Source: Eledone cirrhosa (lineage: Eukaryota). Taken from it: a stretch of DNA of 64,000 nt. Each line of letters begins with the position of its first letter. Positions within the stretch are counted from its first letter, which is position 1. The position numbers and the translations under genes are program-made. Shown here piece by piece: positions 50,566 through 63,079 of the stretch. Where the stretch lies: contig OZ024747.1 in NCBI GenBank assembly GCA_964016885.1, positions 89,280,001 through 89,344,000 on the forward strand, written 5' to 3'. The notes beneath the pieces were generated by a model, which had not been told where the DNA came from, ran no database searches, and saw only the letters and a program-made list of their open reading frames with translations.

Positions 50566-50781
50566 TACCAAGAAATGCCAGTGGAAGGAAGACATAGTAG
50601 AGGAAGACCACGAAAAACATGGGCGGAGGTGGTGAGAGCAGACCTCAGATCGCTGAAGCTCACAGAGGAGATGATGAAGGACCGTGACAAGTGGAGAGAA
50701 GCTGTGCTGAATAAAACCCGTCCTACCCTTGCAAGCAGGGAAAAGCAGACGTAAAATGATGATGATGATGATGATGATGAT
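50566..50781 (+). mobile_element. RTE subfamily C 3' end
   Basis: [27 protein letters not shown]; (GAT)n tail; preceded by (TA)n. Confidence 0.88.
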
Positions 50782-51010
50782 GTTCATATACATGTATGCA
50801 TACATATATATATATATAATAATCTCCCAATTGGTTGAGATTAAATTTGGCGATATATGGCTGCGCTTTCTAGCAGCAAGCCTACCCACCGTAAGCAACC
50901 AATCACACTCTTTCTCTCTGGCTGGAACACAGCTACATAGCTATTTTAGCCATTTTTGAATCTCAATTTGCCGCGATCGGTTAGAAAAACTAGATGTCTG
51001 ATTTTGAGTT

Positions 51011-51088
51011 TATCTCCTGATGAAACCTAACTCTGAGCATCCATATTATTTGGAAGTCCTAAATAAGGAAGAAACCATGGTAGAGATA
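51011..51088 (+). ncRNA. Candidate type I hammerhead ribozyme (stem II degenerate)
   Basis: tatctc-CTGATGA-..-GAAA-ccatgg-TA-gagata. Confidence 0.5.
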
Positions 51089-51383
51089 TAATTACGGTAT
51101 GTGCGCATTTCTTCTAAGTTTAATTTTACTACTAATTATGTGTGGTTGATGGTATATTTAGTCAGATCCTACATGCTGTCGAAATGTTGGATAAATAATG
51201 GAACGGGGCCGACGCGAAGAGGCTACGATCGATTATTTGTCGGAGATTTCCCCATAAGAGAATTTATTCTTATAACTTGCTAGGATGGATTTTGTATATG
51301 GTTAATTATGCTGATTAGAAGAAGAAATAGTATATATTTTAATATCTGATGATTCATAAGACATGATTTATGATATATATATA

Positions 51384-51586
51384 TATATATTGGTAAACGG
51401 AATAGAAAATGCTGACAAATTGTTCACAGTGAAAAATAGTTTAATTAGGAATAAGTGAGAATGAGTAATTGTGTTGGTTAGTATAATACTAACCAATACA
51501 ATTACTAATTCTCACTCATTCCTAATTAAACTATTTTTCACTGTGAACAATTTGTCAGCATTTTCTATTCTGTTTACCAATATATA
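51384..51586. repeat. ~100-bp-arm near-perfect palindrome with no spacer
   Basis: ttggtaaacggaatagaaaatgc..ttagtat-a-atactaa..gcattttctattctgtttaccaa. Confidence 0.95.
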
Positions 51587-51615
51587 ATAACTTGTGTGTT
51601 ACACCTCTATTCTTT

Positions 51616-51666
<51 letters not shown>

Positions 51667-51674
<8 letters not shown>

Positions 51675-52002
51675 ATACTTTGGGAGGGTCATGTTGCCAA
51701 TAAGAAACACACGCACCAGTTGCTTTCACTTCAATTTATTATATATTTATAAATTTATAAATTTACAAATCTACAAACTTATAAATTTCTGGTTGGTTGA
51801 AGAGGTCACAGAGTGTGTGACGAAAGGACTATGACTATATATAAACAACTATCTGGTTGTGGAACCAACCAACCAACCAGAAATTTATAAGTTTGTAGAT
51901 TTGTAAATTTATAAATTTATAAATATATAATAAATTGAAGTGAAAGCAACTGGTGCGTGTGTTTCTTATTGGCAACATGACCCTCCCAAAGTATAACAAT
52001 AT
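51667..52002. repeat. 133-bp inverted repeat with 70-nt spacer
   Basis: 51667-51799 is the reverse complement of 51870-52002; no mismatch seen by eye. Confidence 0.95.
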
Positions 52003-52058
52003 CGGTTTCAACACACGATTTCAGATAAAGAATCTTGCTAAACAAATTCAGAAACGAA

Positions 52059-52089
<31 letters not shown>

Positions 52090-53317
52090 TAAACGGAAAA
52101 GAAAATGCTGACAAATTGTTCCCAGTGAAAAATAGTTTAATTAGGATTAAGTAAAAATTAGTAATAGTATTGGTTAGTATTCAGTTTTGGTTTTAAGTTT
52201 TTGCGCATTTCTAATGCTTTTCAAAAATAAATTTGAGATAGAGCGCCCGTGATGTTTGCTCTAATCTGATTAGTTTGGGAAATTCTACCTGTTTTATGTG
52301 AAAAAAGTGGCTCCAGATGTATTAAAATAAGTTTCGCGCCAATTCGTGTTGCAAAAATTCTTGTGGTCAAAACAATTTTGATTGGTCGGTAGAGGTCATG
52401 TGAATGTTAAAAATTGATTTTGCGCCAAATGTAGATTTGTGTTGGCTGATTGAGAAGTCACTGAAAAATAAGTCTTTCAAAACAAATATGTGTGTGTAGT
52501 AGTTGTAAAGTGGTTCGTTGTTATGATAATGGTCAGCAGGGATGTGTGTGCGAACCGCAGCCTGTTGACAGTTCAAATGCTTATTAAGACAAGTGTGTAT
52601 GTGTGTGTGTGTGTGTAGCAGAGTAATTCGTGGTAGAAGGATGGTCAGTAGGAATGTGTCTGTATGTGTGTGGGGGATATTTTAACACGTTAAAAGATAT
52701 TTTTCAGCTCTTGTCTTATACGGAGAAGTGTGTGTGTGTGTGTCTGTGTGTGTGTATATGTCTCTTTGTATCTTAATGTACGCGTGTGTATGTGTGTGTA
52801 TATATATGTGTGTGTGTGTGTGTATATATATGTGTGTGTGTGTGTATATATATGTGTGTGTGTGTGTGTGTGAGAATGTGTGTGTGTGTGGGTGGACCAG
52901 TATTTTTGTGATACTGGTAAAAATGGTGTACATTATTCGATATTTTCAGTAAAAACGATTCTCTCAATAGAACATCAAAAACCTTAATAATAAAAGGTGT
53001 GAAATGATATATAGTATTGGCATAATACCAAGGTGTGTGTGAGTGTCCAGATTGTACGTACTGTTAGGCCTTGCCGTATTGGAATACTTGTGTACAAATA
53101 TGTATGTGCCCATCAGTGTGCAATGCATGTGTGCGTTTATGTATGTGTGTGTGTCGGCACGTTTATATCTATAGACATCAAAAGGTATTCAAATTTGTGT
53201 ATATTTGTGTTGAACCATAGAACATGTGTGTTTACGTATGTCATTGTGTTTATATGTGGATAGAGATGTATGCTGATGTAGGTATGTATGTTGACGTGTG
53301 TATGTTATGGGTTCGTC

Positions 53318-53763
53318 TTAGGGAGAAGTGTTTAGACGGGGTCCGTATTTGTTAATAAAGTGAGATTCCTTGCTGATGCGCTGGGTGTGGGTGGCATTAT
53401 CTTTAAATTTGTAGAGGGGAAAGATTCTGAAGTTGGGATGATTTTGGGCGGCACAGATATCAATGTGTTCACTCAGTGGTATTTTCCTGTATTCCCGTAT
53501 TTTAATTTGGGATCTATGGACAGTCATGCGTTGGCGGAGGCTGTTTTTGGTCTGGCCTATGTATTGTTCTCGACAACCTGAGCAAGTTAATACATATATT
53601 AGATTTTCTGATGCGCATGTGAAATTATGTTTTACTATAAAACTATAAAACGCAGTAAAAAAATGCGATAGACCCAACTGTGGCATATACATCAACCTAA
53701 TAGAGGGTTCAGAATTCTATTTCAAAGAAGGACAACGTTTTATAGTAAAACACAATTTCACAT
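53318..53763 (-). mobile_element. Penelope-like element fragment: GIY-YIG endonuclease with inverted upstream segment
   Basis: FTCASENLIYVLTCSGCREQYIGQTKNSLRQRMTVH..E..FI..YGPRLN on minus; upstream VKKCDRPNCG..FIVKHNFT on plus at 53652-53763. Confidence 0.88.
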
Positions 53764-54344
53764 ATATTGCAGACTCCTGCAATAGGAATTTGTCGATCTT
53801 GGATTTGCAGAAACTTAGCGCTGATGTTGGATGCTATATATGTAAGTTATATATTTTGCACTCAGCCTCAACGCTATGTCCGAGTCAGTATAAAATCTTT
53901 TCCTGGGTCCTGTAGTTTCGTTGCTCTAGTGATGCGGCTGGACTACCGACCGCTATATCTGATTTGCTAAGCTGTCTGAACGTAATGTTATTACTCTGGG
54001 GTCTTTCCTCATCCGAGTGCTCAAGCTACAGACCGATTATGCATATACGCTAGCTTGGCCGTATTCTAAAGCTTCGTCAATGCTGTACTAAAATTTATAT
54101 ATATATATATAGAAGGTTGAAATATGTAAATATCAGTCATGAATAAGTGGATATAGTTGGAACTATATTTCTGCAGCTGGAAAATGGTTATAAGTTGGAA
54201 TGCTATCCTTACAACAATTGAAACTATGAGCAAATATTAATAAATGCTATGATTGGGTGAAACTTTCTAAAGTTTCAAACTTTTGTCATTTGCTTCTTTC
54301 TATAACAGAATCACTCTTTATGATAACTGGAAGACAAATGAATA

Positions 54345-54600
54345 CTGGGGATTGTCTGGTTGCTTCCTTTTCGCACCTGTCGCTGTTGAGACCTCAGGTG
54401 TACTTGGGCCCTGTACTGCCAAGCTCCTCCACAAGATTGGATCGTCAGCAGCCAGGATGACGGAGGAGCCCCACGATGTGGGGTGGCTGTTGCAACGGGT
54501 GTCGCCCGCCATTGTCTGTGGGAATGCTTTTGCGGTCTTGTCCACAGGGCACTCCCCAACACCACCACGCCCTAGGCCGAGTGCCCATCACCCTCTCCCT
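54345..54600 (+). mobile_element. CRE-like 3' fragment
   Basis: FLFAPVAVETSGVLGPCTAKLLHKIG..WLLQRVSPAIVCGNAFAVL. Confidence 0.8.
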
Positions 54601-55094
54601 TCCCCCTCCCATTCTTCTGTGATCCTAGAGCCCTTGCCTTTCCCTATCTTTTCCATTTTCATAACCACAAAAGACATTTGCAGTTTTTACAATAAGACAT
54701 TTTAAAAGTATTGTCTTTCTGATTCTGAGTGAATCAGGAATATAAACAGACAAGCTGAGAAAAATTACTATTATTAGCTTTAATATGTTGGAGAATTATA
54801 TTGATATCATTGTTTAGCTCCAGGTCAAATCTGATCAAGGAAATCTATGATCAAAGGTGTCCAGTTATGATCACTCTTTGTCTTTTTTAGACATTATATA
54901 TTTAAGACTACATTATTCATGGTGTCTTTCATTTTATTAAGATAGTAGGGTATAGTATGAAACAGATTTAGCTGCTATATTTAGTCCATGTAGAAAATCT
55001 TTCATTGGCATGTGATCATCTAGGGGTTAGATTATCTACATCTTGGGCAGTATATTTACCTCTTTTCTTACCAATTTTCAGATAATCTTTTAAA

Positions 55095-55335
55095 TAATTG
55101 AAATTTTTAAGGGATGAGCTGGCCAGCCGCAGGTGTGAGCCTCGCGAGTTGGAATGGCTCTTCCAGTGCATATCCCTTACCATCCTCCGGGGAAATGCCT
55201 TTTCCATTCTGTATACCGGGGCTGTGGGGAGGCCAGCACGTCGGACCCCATTTGTTCACCATATAGAGAGATGGGGAGGGCAAGAGAGATGGAAGCGATG
55301 ACAGTGGGAGTTTGGTTCTTCCACGTTTGGACCAT
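55095..55335 (+). mobile_element. CRE-like 3' fragment
   Basis: ELASRRCEPRELEWLFQCISLTILRGNAFSIL; 3'UTR shared with 63080-63180 and 30250-30322. Confidence 0.75.
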
Positions 55336-56053
55336 ATCCTTGTGGTTGTCTTCATCAAGCCCTAGTGCAGCAGTAACACTTTTCCATCGATACTCTCAGA
55401 TTATCGCCAAGTGTTGTTGCTGGTTTGTGGATTATGGTAGAATGTTTCCCCCAAATTCCGATCGAGGTTTCTCTCAAACTAACTTTCTTGTGAAGTTGGC
55501 ATTAAAACATAACTTAAGTAAAATGCTTTATGAAAAGTTTTAATAGAAGGTTTAAATTTAAACATGACTACTTTAAAATAAATGGTGTTTCATCAGAAAA
55601 CCAAAACCAAGGGTAGTTTCAGGTGGATTGGTATCAAAAGGGTTATAAGGTAGATGTTACACTGGTGAAGTTTAATCAGCAAACTTTGCTGACTAGATAG
55701 TTGGAGATGTTGATACAAACTTAGAATACTCAGTTGTTGTATAAGAGTTGAAAGTTCGGATTAGAGTTGATTCAAAGATGCAGGTCCAAAACAAAGGTTT
55801 TAAGGTGAAAAACAAATTTCAGTAAGTCTTTTGACAAGCTTCATGAAAGGTTCTTATTTTGTATGAGGTGGCAACTTAGTTTGTCAGTCCACTAACTCAG
55901 TTACATTCATCACACTCTGATATGCACAACAATGGAATTTAGAGGAAAAGATCACAAGTCTCAATATAAATTGTAGGTTAAAACCATTGACTAGCTGGAG
56001 GTATATAATATAATGTTCTGTTATATCTGTGTTATGAGGAGGCCGAGAGTAAT

Positions 56054-56487
56054 ATTGCTTTCTGATATAGGCATAAGGCTAACAATTTTGGGGGAACGGG
56101 AAAGTCGATTAAATTGACCCCAGTGCATTACTAGTATTTATTTTATCGATCCTGTAAGAATGAAAGGAAAAGCTAACCACGGCAGGATTTGAACTCACAT
56201 CATAAAGGGCCATAACTCTATGTCTTAGGCATGTTGTCCGATGCTCTACTGATTCTGCCAATCTACCGTCCTAATAATGGTTTCTGATTTAGGTATAAGG
56301 CCAGTAATTTTTGGGAAAGGGATAGTCGATTAAATTGACCCCAGTACATTACTGTTACTTTATTTTATCGGTCCCATAAGGACAAAAGGCAAAGCTGACC
56401 TTAGCAGAATTTGAACTCACATCATAAAGGGCCATAACTCTATGGCTTAAAGCATATTGTCCGATGCTCTACTGATACTGCCAATCC
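56054..56487 (-). mobile_element. Two tandem family-a SINEs
   Basis: Copies at ~56054-56271 and 56274-56487. Confidence 0.8.
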
Positions 56488-57085
56488 AAATAATATTACT
56501 TTAGAGTAATATTATTAGTGGAAACATTTACAAAAAAATAATAGAACTTAATAATACTTTACATATTAAGTTTGTTTTCTGGTGTTTAATAGAATATTTG
56601 TTAATACTTTTTTTAGGTTATTTAATTTATTTTTGCTGATTTCCTCCATTTTATAGAATCAATAATAATTATTTACTTTTTTTTCATTAGCCACAAGAAA
56701 TTGTTCCTATTGAAAATACAGGTAATTGTTTTGGAATTAAAATTAAAAATTGATGTAATTTTTTACTTAAATCATTAAGAATAATTAAAGGAGAAAATAA
56801 AAATTCATTCAGTTATTTTTCTCACATGTTTCTTTCTTGTTTCGAATGTGTCTGGTTTTTAAACTGGACCATCATCAACTTATAAGCATTTTCCATAGAT
56901 TTAGTTTTTAAACAGGTTTATGTTTAGCCTACACTGTTTTGGCAAAGTCTGTTTTTTAAATTAGCCGACATTTTGTCTAGAGTATTTTGGGGAACAAATA
57001 TGATTTCCAAACTGGTCCACATTTAAATCTATACTATTTTGGATAAGTCTACTTTCTATACTGGTCCACCATTAGCTTATAATAT

Positions 57086-57295
57086 TTAACCCTTTAGCAT
57101 TTAAACTGGCTGTATCCGACCATAATTCTCTCACCTCTTTCTGTTAATACCGACTGTAACCAGCCATTCTTGTTAAGGTATTATTCTCAAGATAAATAAT
57201 ATCAAAATCTCATAGATTCGATATTATGTGAGATAAAGCATTTACTGAGAAAATACAATAGTATATATAGAGTAATGTAAATGGTAAAGGGTTAA
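57086..57295. mobile_element. piggyBac-type MITE with TTAA TSD
   Basis: TTAA-ccctttagcattta..taaatggtaaaggg-TTAA. Confidence 0.85.
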
Positions 57296-57812
57296 GGTCG
57301 CTCCCTCTCTTACTCAGTTATTTACAAATATATTTCATATTTGTCCATCATTATTTCCAGTCTACCAATTATCTGTTTATGGTAATGAAAGGATGAATCT
57401 AGAGGACTGCCAATTCTGTGACTATAACATCTTAATAATGCTTTCTGATTTAGGAACAAGGTCAATAATTTTGAGGAAGGGGCAAATCGATTAAATTGAC
57501 CCCAAAAGATGTCTGACGCTCTATTAATACTGCCAATCCACTACTTTATATCATCTTATTGGTAATGTTTAATATTATTGTTAATATTTAGTCCCAGATC
57601 AGCCACAATTGAGCAGACTCATGATCAAAGACATTCCAACCATGACTACTACAGGGACTATTTTGAGTGTAATGATGTATATTTACCTCACTGTCTATTC
57701 ACGGTGAAATTAGATTCTCATTTCTTCACATTAGATTAAGGTTATTTATATAGTGTTAAAGCACACACCACCATCCTAAAGAAGAGTGTCAGGCTTACAA
57801 TCATGAGTTACA

Positions 57813-58100
57813 GTGTCAGGCTTACAATTGTGAGTTCGATTCTTGGACCAGGTGAGGCATTATGTTCTTGAGCAAGGCACTTTATTTCACATTGCTCCAG
57901 TTTACTCAGCTGTAGAAATGAGTTGTGACATCACTGGGGTCAAGCTGCATTTGCCCTTCCCTTGGACATCATCAGTGGCATTGAGAGGGGAGGCTGGTAT
58001 GCATGGGCCCCTACTGGTCTTCCACAAACAACCTTGCCCAGACTTGTACCTAGGAGGGGAACTTTGTAGGTGTAAATCCCATGGTCATTCATGACTTACC
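57813..58100 (+). mobile_element. SINE family b
   Basis: gagttcgattc B box and gttcttgagcaaggcactttatttcacattgctccag core; colinear with 1190-1517. Confidence 0.8.
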
Positions 58101-58127
58101 TTACCTTTATATACATATATATATAAT

Positions 58128-58466
58128 GGAGGCACATGGCTTAGTGGTTAGAGCATTGGCCTTGCAATCGAAAGGTTGTGAGTTCAATTCTCAGACTGGG
58201 TGATGTGTTGTTTCCTTGAGCAAGACACTTTATTTCACATTGCTCCAGTTTACTCAGCTGTAGAAATGAGACGATAGGGACTGGGGTCCATATCATTCCA
58301 CTACAAAGTGGTTGTGGAGGTGCCACGGCAAAAAAGCACCCAGCACTCACTGTAAATGAGGTTGGTGTTAGGAAGGGCATCCAGCTGTAGAAATCAAGCC
58401 AGAATCAGTTCCCGTCCCACCCTTGCAAGCAGGGAAAAGCAGACGTAAAATGATGATGATGATGAT
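58128..58466 (+). mobile_element. Chimeric SINE: tRNA head + RTE-B 3'UTR + RTE-C terminus
   Basis: Segments match 49004-49143 (RC), 31575-31730 (RC) and 50717-50770. Confidence 0.8.
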
Positions 58467-58879
58467 ATATATGATGGTTGCCCTCTCGTTATTGAGTATG
58501 GCCATTGCACGATATACTATTATTAATAATTATTAATTAATTCTATCGTGCAATGCCTGTGCATGAAGATATATTTTAAAGTGAGGAAAGACTGTGCACT
58601 GAGCCAATCCCACTCTCTGAGTGACAGTAGCTATAACCCAAAAAGAAGAAAAGATCAACGTCATCGGTAACTACTGAGCCGCAGGTTTTATATCGGAGTT
58701 ATCGGAGTTAACCCAGTTTCCTGAGTTGCCTTCTCCTAGAAGAATGCCCTGACAAAGGCTGGGGGTCCTTCCCTCCCAGTGGTTTAACCGCGCGATTGGG
58801 TGTCCAGCCTGACTATTTCTATGTCCTCACGCATATACACAAACATGAACCCATGTACATATACATATACATACATATG

Positions 58880-59093
58880 TACATGTGTATATACATATTT
58901 TTGGATAGCCGTTGACTTTTATGAGTTCTTCCGCCCTTTGTCAGGTTTTGTTTTTCGTCCTGCAGGGTGTCCAAAATCACCCTCCTCACCAAGTAAACTT
59001 GGTGGGGTTGCCGGTTTAGTCGCCGACGACCCGACCATGCGACAGGTTGTACTGGGTTACATGTTACCAGTAGCATTCAAGAGTAACCCGACA
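58880..59093. other. GC/CpG-rich unclassified repeat fragment between TA tracts (possibly a LINE 5'UTR on minus)
   Basis: Sharp compositional contrast and retained CpGs; no protein motif recognised. Confidence 0.3.
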
Positions 59094-59702
59094 TAATATA
59101 TATATATATATATATACACACTCATGCCAAATTGGCAAATAGATAAACCCGGTCAGAAAGGCATAATTCCATAGATTAATGGTAATATCTGATACTATCT
59201 CCTGTTAACAGAACCAACATCTATGATTTTCTGTGATTTTCTGTGAAAGAAAAATAAACTGCATATTAAAGAAAAAATCAGACTTGAATAATATTTTTTG
59301 TTTGCACTTAATTTTCTGCTTAATGGCAGAAAGCTAATTTTGTTTCCATGGCAACTAATTAGGATTACTCTTGTCCTACTTTTAGACTTCAGAACAAAAT
59401 ACTTGTTCAAGATTTAGGGGAAAAAATATTATTTTCTACTTTTAATTCATCGATTTAGGTAATTATTTTAAAGAGTGTTTAATGGTTACAGAAGAGACTC
59501 ATTTTATCAAGGAAGAATGAAATTGCTTCAAGTCTTTCCAGTACATTTGTGACAAATGTGGCTTACATACACACTCATACACACACATGCTGGCACTCAT
59601 ACATACACACACATATGCATATACACAAATACAAACACACACACGCACATACACATACATATACACTCTGGCACACACTCACATACACTCTCACACACTC
59701 AT

Positions 59703-59739
<37 letters not shown>

Positions 59740-60106
59740 TTCAGAACACATGAGAAAGATTTATTTGCTGCATCTATTGACTGAATAAATACATAGATGT
59801 TCTAAGCATATTTTTTATAGTTACACAACTAAAATGCATTTTAGTTTGAGAGTTTTCTTTATGAAATCTTATTCTCTCAGAGATTTATTTGGGATTTAAC
59901 ATATAAGCTTACCAAAGCTATTTTCCACAGAACAAGCAAGGTCTGTTTTCAGGTAATTATTCTTTTAAAGAATTAAAATGTTTAAGGAACAATTTTGGAT
60001 ATTTATTTTTAAAAAAATAGTTCTTATTTCATGTATTTAGAAATATTTTTTTTTCTAACTAAAAGAAATCTAAAAAAACATTATCAGGAGAAAAAGTGGA
60101 TGTTAA

Positions 60107-60225
60107 ATGATGATGATGATGAATATGGTGATGATGAAAATGATGACGATGATGGTGATGATGACGATGATGATGATGACGATGATGATGGGGATGATTA
60201 TGATGATGATGGTGATGATGATGCT
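60107..60225. repeat. (GAT)n microsatellite expanded from an RTE tail
   Basis: Preceded by ggatgttaaatgatgat, the RTE terminal motif. Confidence 0.8.
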
Positions 60226-63079
60226 GCTGTTGCTGAGAGTGCTCTATTGGGTTCCATAAATGATATTCTTCTTTTGTTTTAAGCTTAAACAGTTGTTTGA
60301 AATTTCATTCAAAGGAATTCCAGATTTAAGATTTTAAAACATTTAGTAGAAAGTTAGATATTATGTTAATCACTCGGAGGAAGATTTATTAAATATTTTT
60401 TTACTCTACACTCTTCTTCCAAATTATTTTTCTTCAATAATTATAATTATTTTGCTAGGGGATAAACTAGAGAAAGAAATGTCAATAGAATGCTTCATCT
60501 GGATAAAAATGCTGAAAAAAATGCTGAAAATTTGATGTGATCATTTTTATAGTTATATTTCTGTAGAATCATATGAAGTGATTAAGGAAATAGCCCTGTT
60601 ACAAAGAAGTGATGTTACATGCTAATAAAAACTAATTAGAAAAAAAAATGAATAAAGCAAACTGAAATAAGGTTTGACAGTTATGAATAAATGGCTTTAT
60701 TAGATGTTTCCTTAACTCTCAAAGGGGTATTCTGTTTATATAGATTCTGGTATCTGCTGATCAAGCTGAGTTATGGAAAAGATGAACAAAAAACCAGATT
60801 ATCTACAGTGGAAAATATCCAATCCAATCCAATGTCTTCTCATTCATGCTGGAGGAACCCTTCCCTAGTTGGTCTCCACCGTTTTCTGTTTGGTTAGGTC
60901 TTCAGGGGAGTAGCCGTATTCACTATATTAGGTCAATTGCAGGTTGGTGATGCTATTTAACCCATAGTTGGGGTGAATGGCTGTTGACACTAAAGAGATC
61001 GTCCCTCCTTTAACAGCTTAGGTGGCTCATTACAACAATAACACCCAATTGTGGGCTGTCTCTGAATCAAGTCTATTCTCTGTTTATGTTTGCCATAATG
61101 CTGTAATTGATTACCTAATATTTTTAACTTACACCTGATGACATCGCCAAAGTATTTCATCATGATCTGATGATGTAACCAGGCCATAGAAATACGTATT
61201 ATGATTTAGCAACATTAAAATAACATTTGGAATCCGGTCTTATGTTGTCTTTTAAATATATATATATAGATAGATAAATAAATAGATAGATAGATAGTAT
61301 GTGTATGTGTGTGTGTATGATGGATACCCACACTGTTTCTGCCTGTCAAATTCTACTTAAAATATATTAATCAAACCAAGGCTATAGTAGAAAACACTTT
61401 CCTAAGGTATCACTCAGTGAGATTAAACCTGAAACCACATGGTTGCAATGTAAACTTCTTTACATAGCATGCCTGGGTTCAGTTTAATTTAAGATCATTG
61501 AAATCAAAGCATTTTATAATTGTGAATGGTTAATGAAATTGAATGTGTATAAAGTTTTACTTACTTTGTACTTAAGATAATACTGTGCATACACCAGTAT
61601 TTTCCAATTTGTTAAGATTCTTTTAAATATTATGTCTGTCTGGTTTATTGAAAGTATATATACCTAGCAGCCCAAGAATTAAGTTGTGTTATTCAAAGTT
61701 AATGTTTGAGTCAGTAAAGTTAAAATGACAGAAAGCATAATATTTATATTAATTAAATGTAGAAAAAAATGGTTAGATTTAATTATTTGTTTGAAGAAAA
61801 ATCTCCTAAAGTGGTATTGATATTTGTTTTGACATAATCCAAAAATTTAAGATCTCTCTAAATACAACAGTTAATAATATAACCATTGAAGCAACGAATG
61901 AAATCTCAAAAGAGATTTTCAAATATTTATAGAATTCATAAAAAATAAGTAAAACTTAAAATGAAAGAAAATAAAAGTTTTATTATTAATCTTTTACAAA
62001 CGCCCTAACTTTGCTGTGATAAGGGAACCAATATTTGCAATTGTCTATGAACCTCATTCATAAAATCCTTTTCTTTATACCACTAAAAGTACAAAATAAA
62101 AAAAAGTTTTCCTTATCATTACCTTTCTCTTTGAACAGTTAAAATTTAAAGGAAAAAGATTTTTGCATGTCTTTGAAAAGATGTTCTTTTATCAATGCCA
62201 TATTTAGTTGACTTCAGAAAAGTCAATATGATGTAAAAAGTGAAAGAAATTGCCATTTTCTGTTGCTTTGAAGACTATGAGAAATTGCATGAAGGTTTTT
62301 TAGTGCTTGCTTGCTTTCTTTACAATATCAGAACTAATCAATTTAATACTGACAAACATGTTTTATATGATTAATATATAGAATGGATGGACTATATAGA
62401 AACTTATAGAAAATTTTCATTAATTCAAAGTTGAAAAAATATCTTTGGAATATTTTTCGTCTCTTTGACTATGCCCGTAATTCTTCTTCTGCTGAAGATA
62501 CTTTTATTAAATCTCTTCATACCAAAATTAATTTTTATGAAGCACTTTTCATCGTGTCTTTGATTTGTTTTATTAGACAAACAATTTTCTAATGTATGTT
62601 TTTAGTCATTCTTCAAACGACAGAAACAATAATAAAAGTAATAATGATAATGTTACTACTTTAAATAGTATTGTAGTTGGTAGCTTAACATGAATTACCA
62701 TAATGGTTTTAATCTGTGTGAAAATATAAGGTTGGAAGTAGTTAGTCTATCAGAATTATTTACTACTGGAAGGGTGGCAATATGGAGATTTATTTAAATG
62801 ACTGTAGAAGCATCCTTACTGGAGTGAGAATATTATTGGCAGAGAATATATTAGCAGGATATTAAAGTCCACTGACATGCAGTAATATTCTAATTAAAAT
62901 TTAGAGCATTGCTGAAAATGAAGGCCATATTTTTATAGCTCCAATAATTACTATTTCCTTTTAAAACAAATATTCAAGCAAATTAGTTATGATTGTAATT
63001 TTTTAGTGGAAATAATATATCATATTTCAGAGTTGCTAACCTGTTTTATATACTTTATATATATGAAACATATATATAC

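Noticed and set aside
51797-51830. Hammerhead-like ttgaaga-ggtcac..gtgac-gaaa
   Set aside because: The core is formed across the inversion junction, and no stem III or cleavage triplet fits.
58128-58200. tRNA gene
   Set aside because: A and B boxes are present but no convincing acceptor stem, and it continues into a SINE body; same for the other SINE heads.
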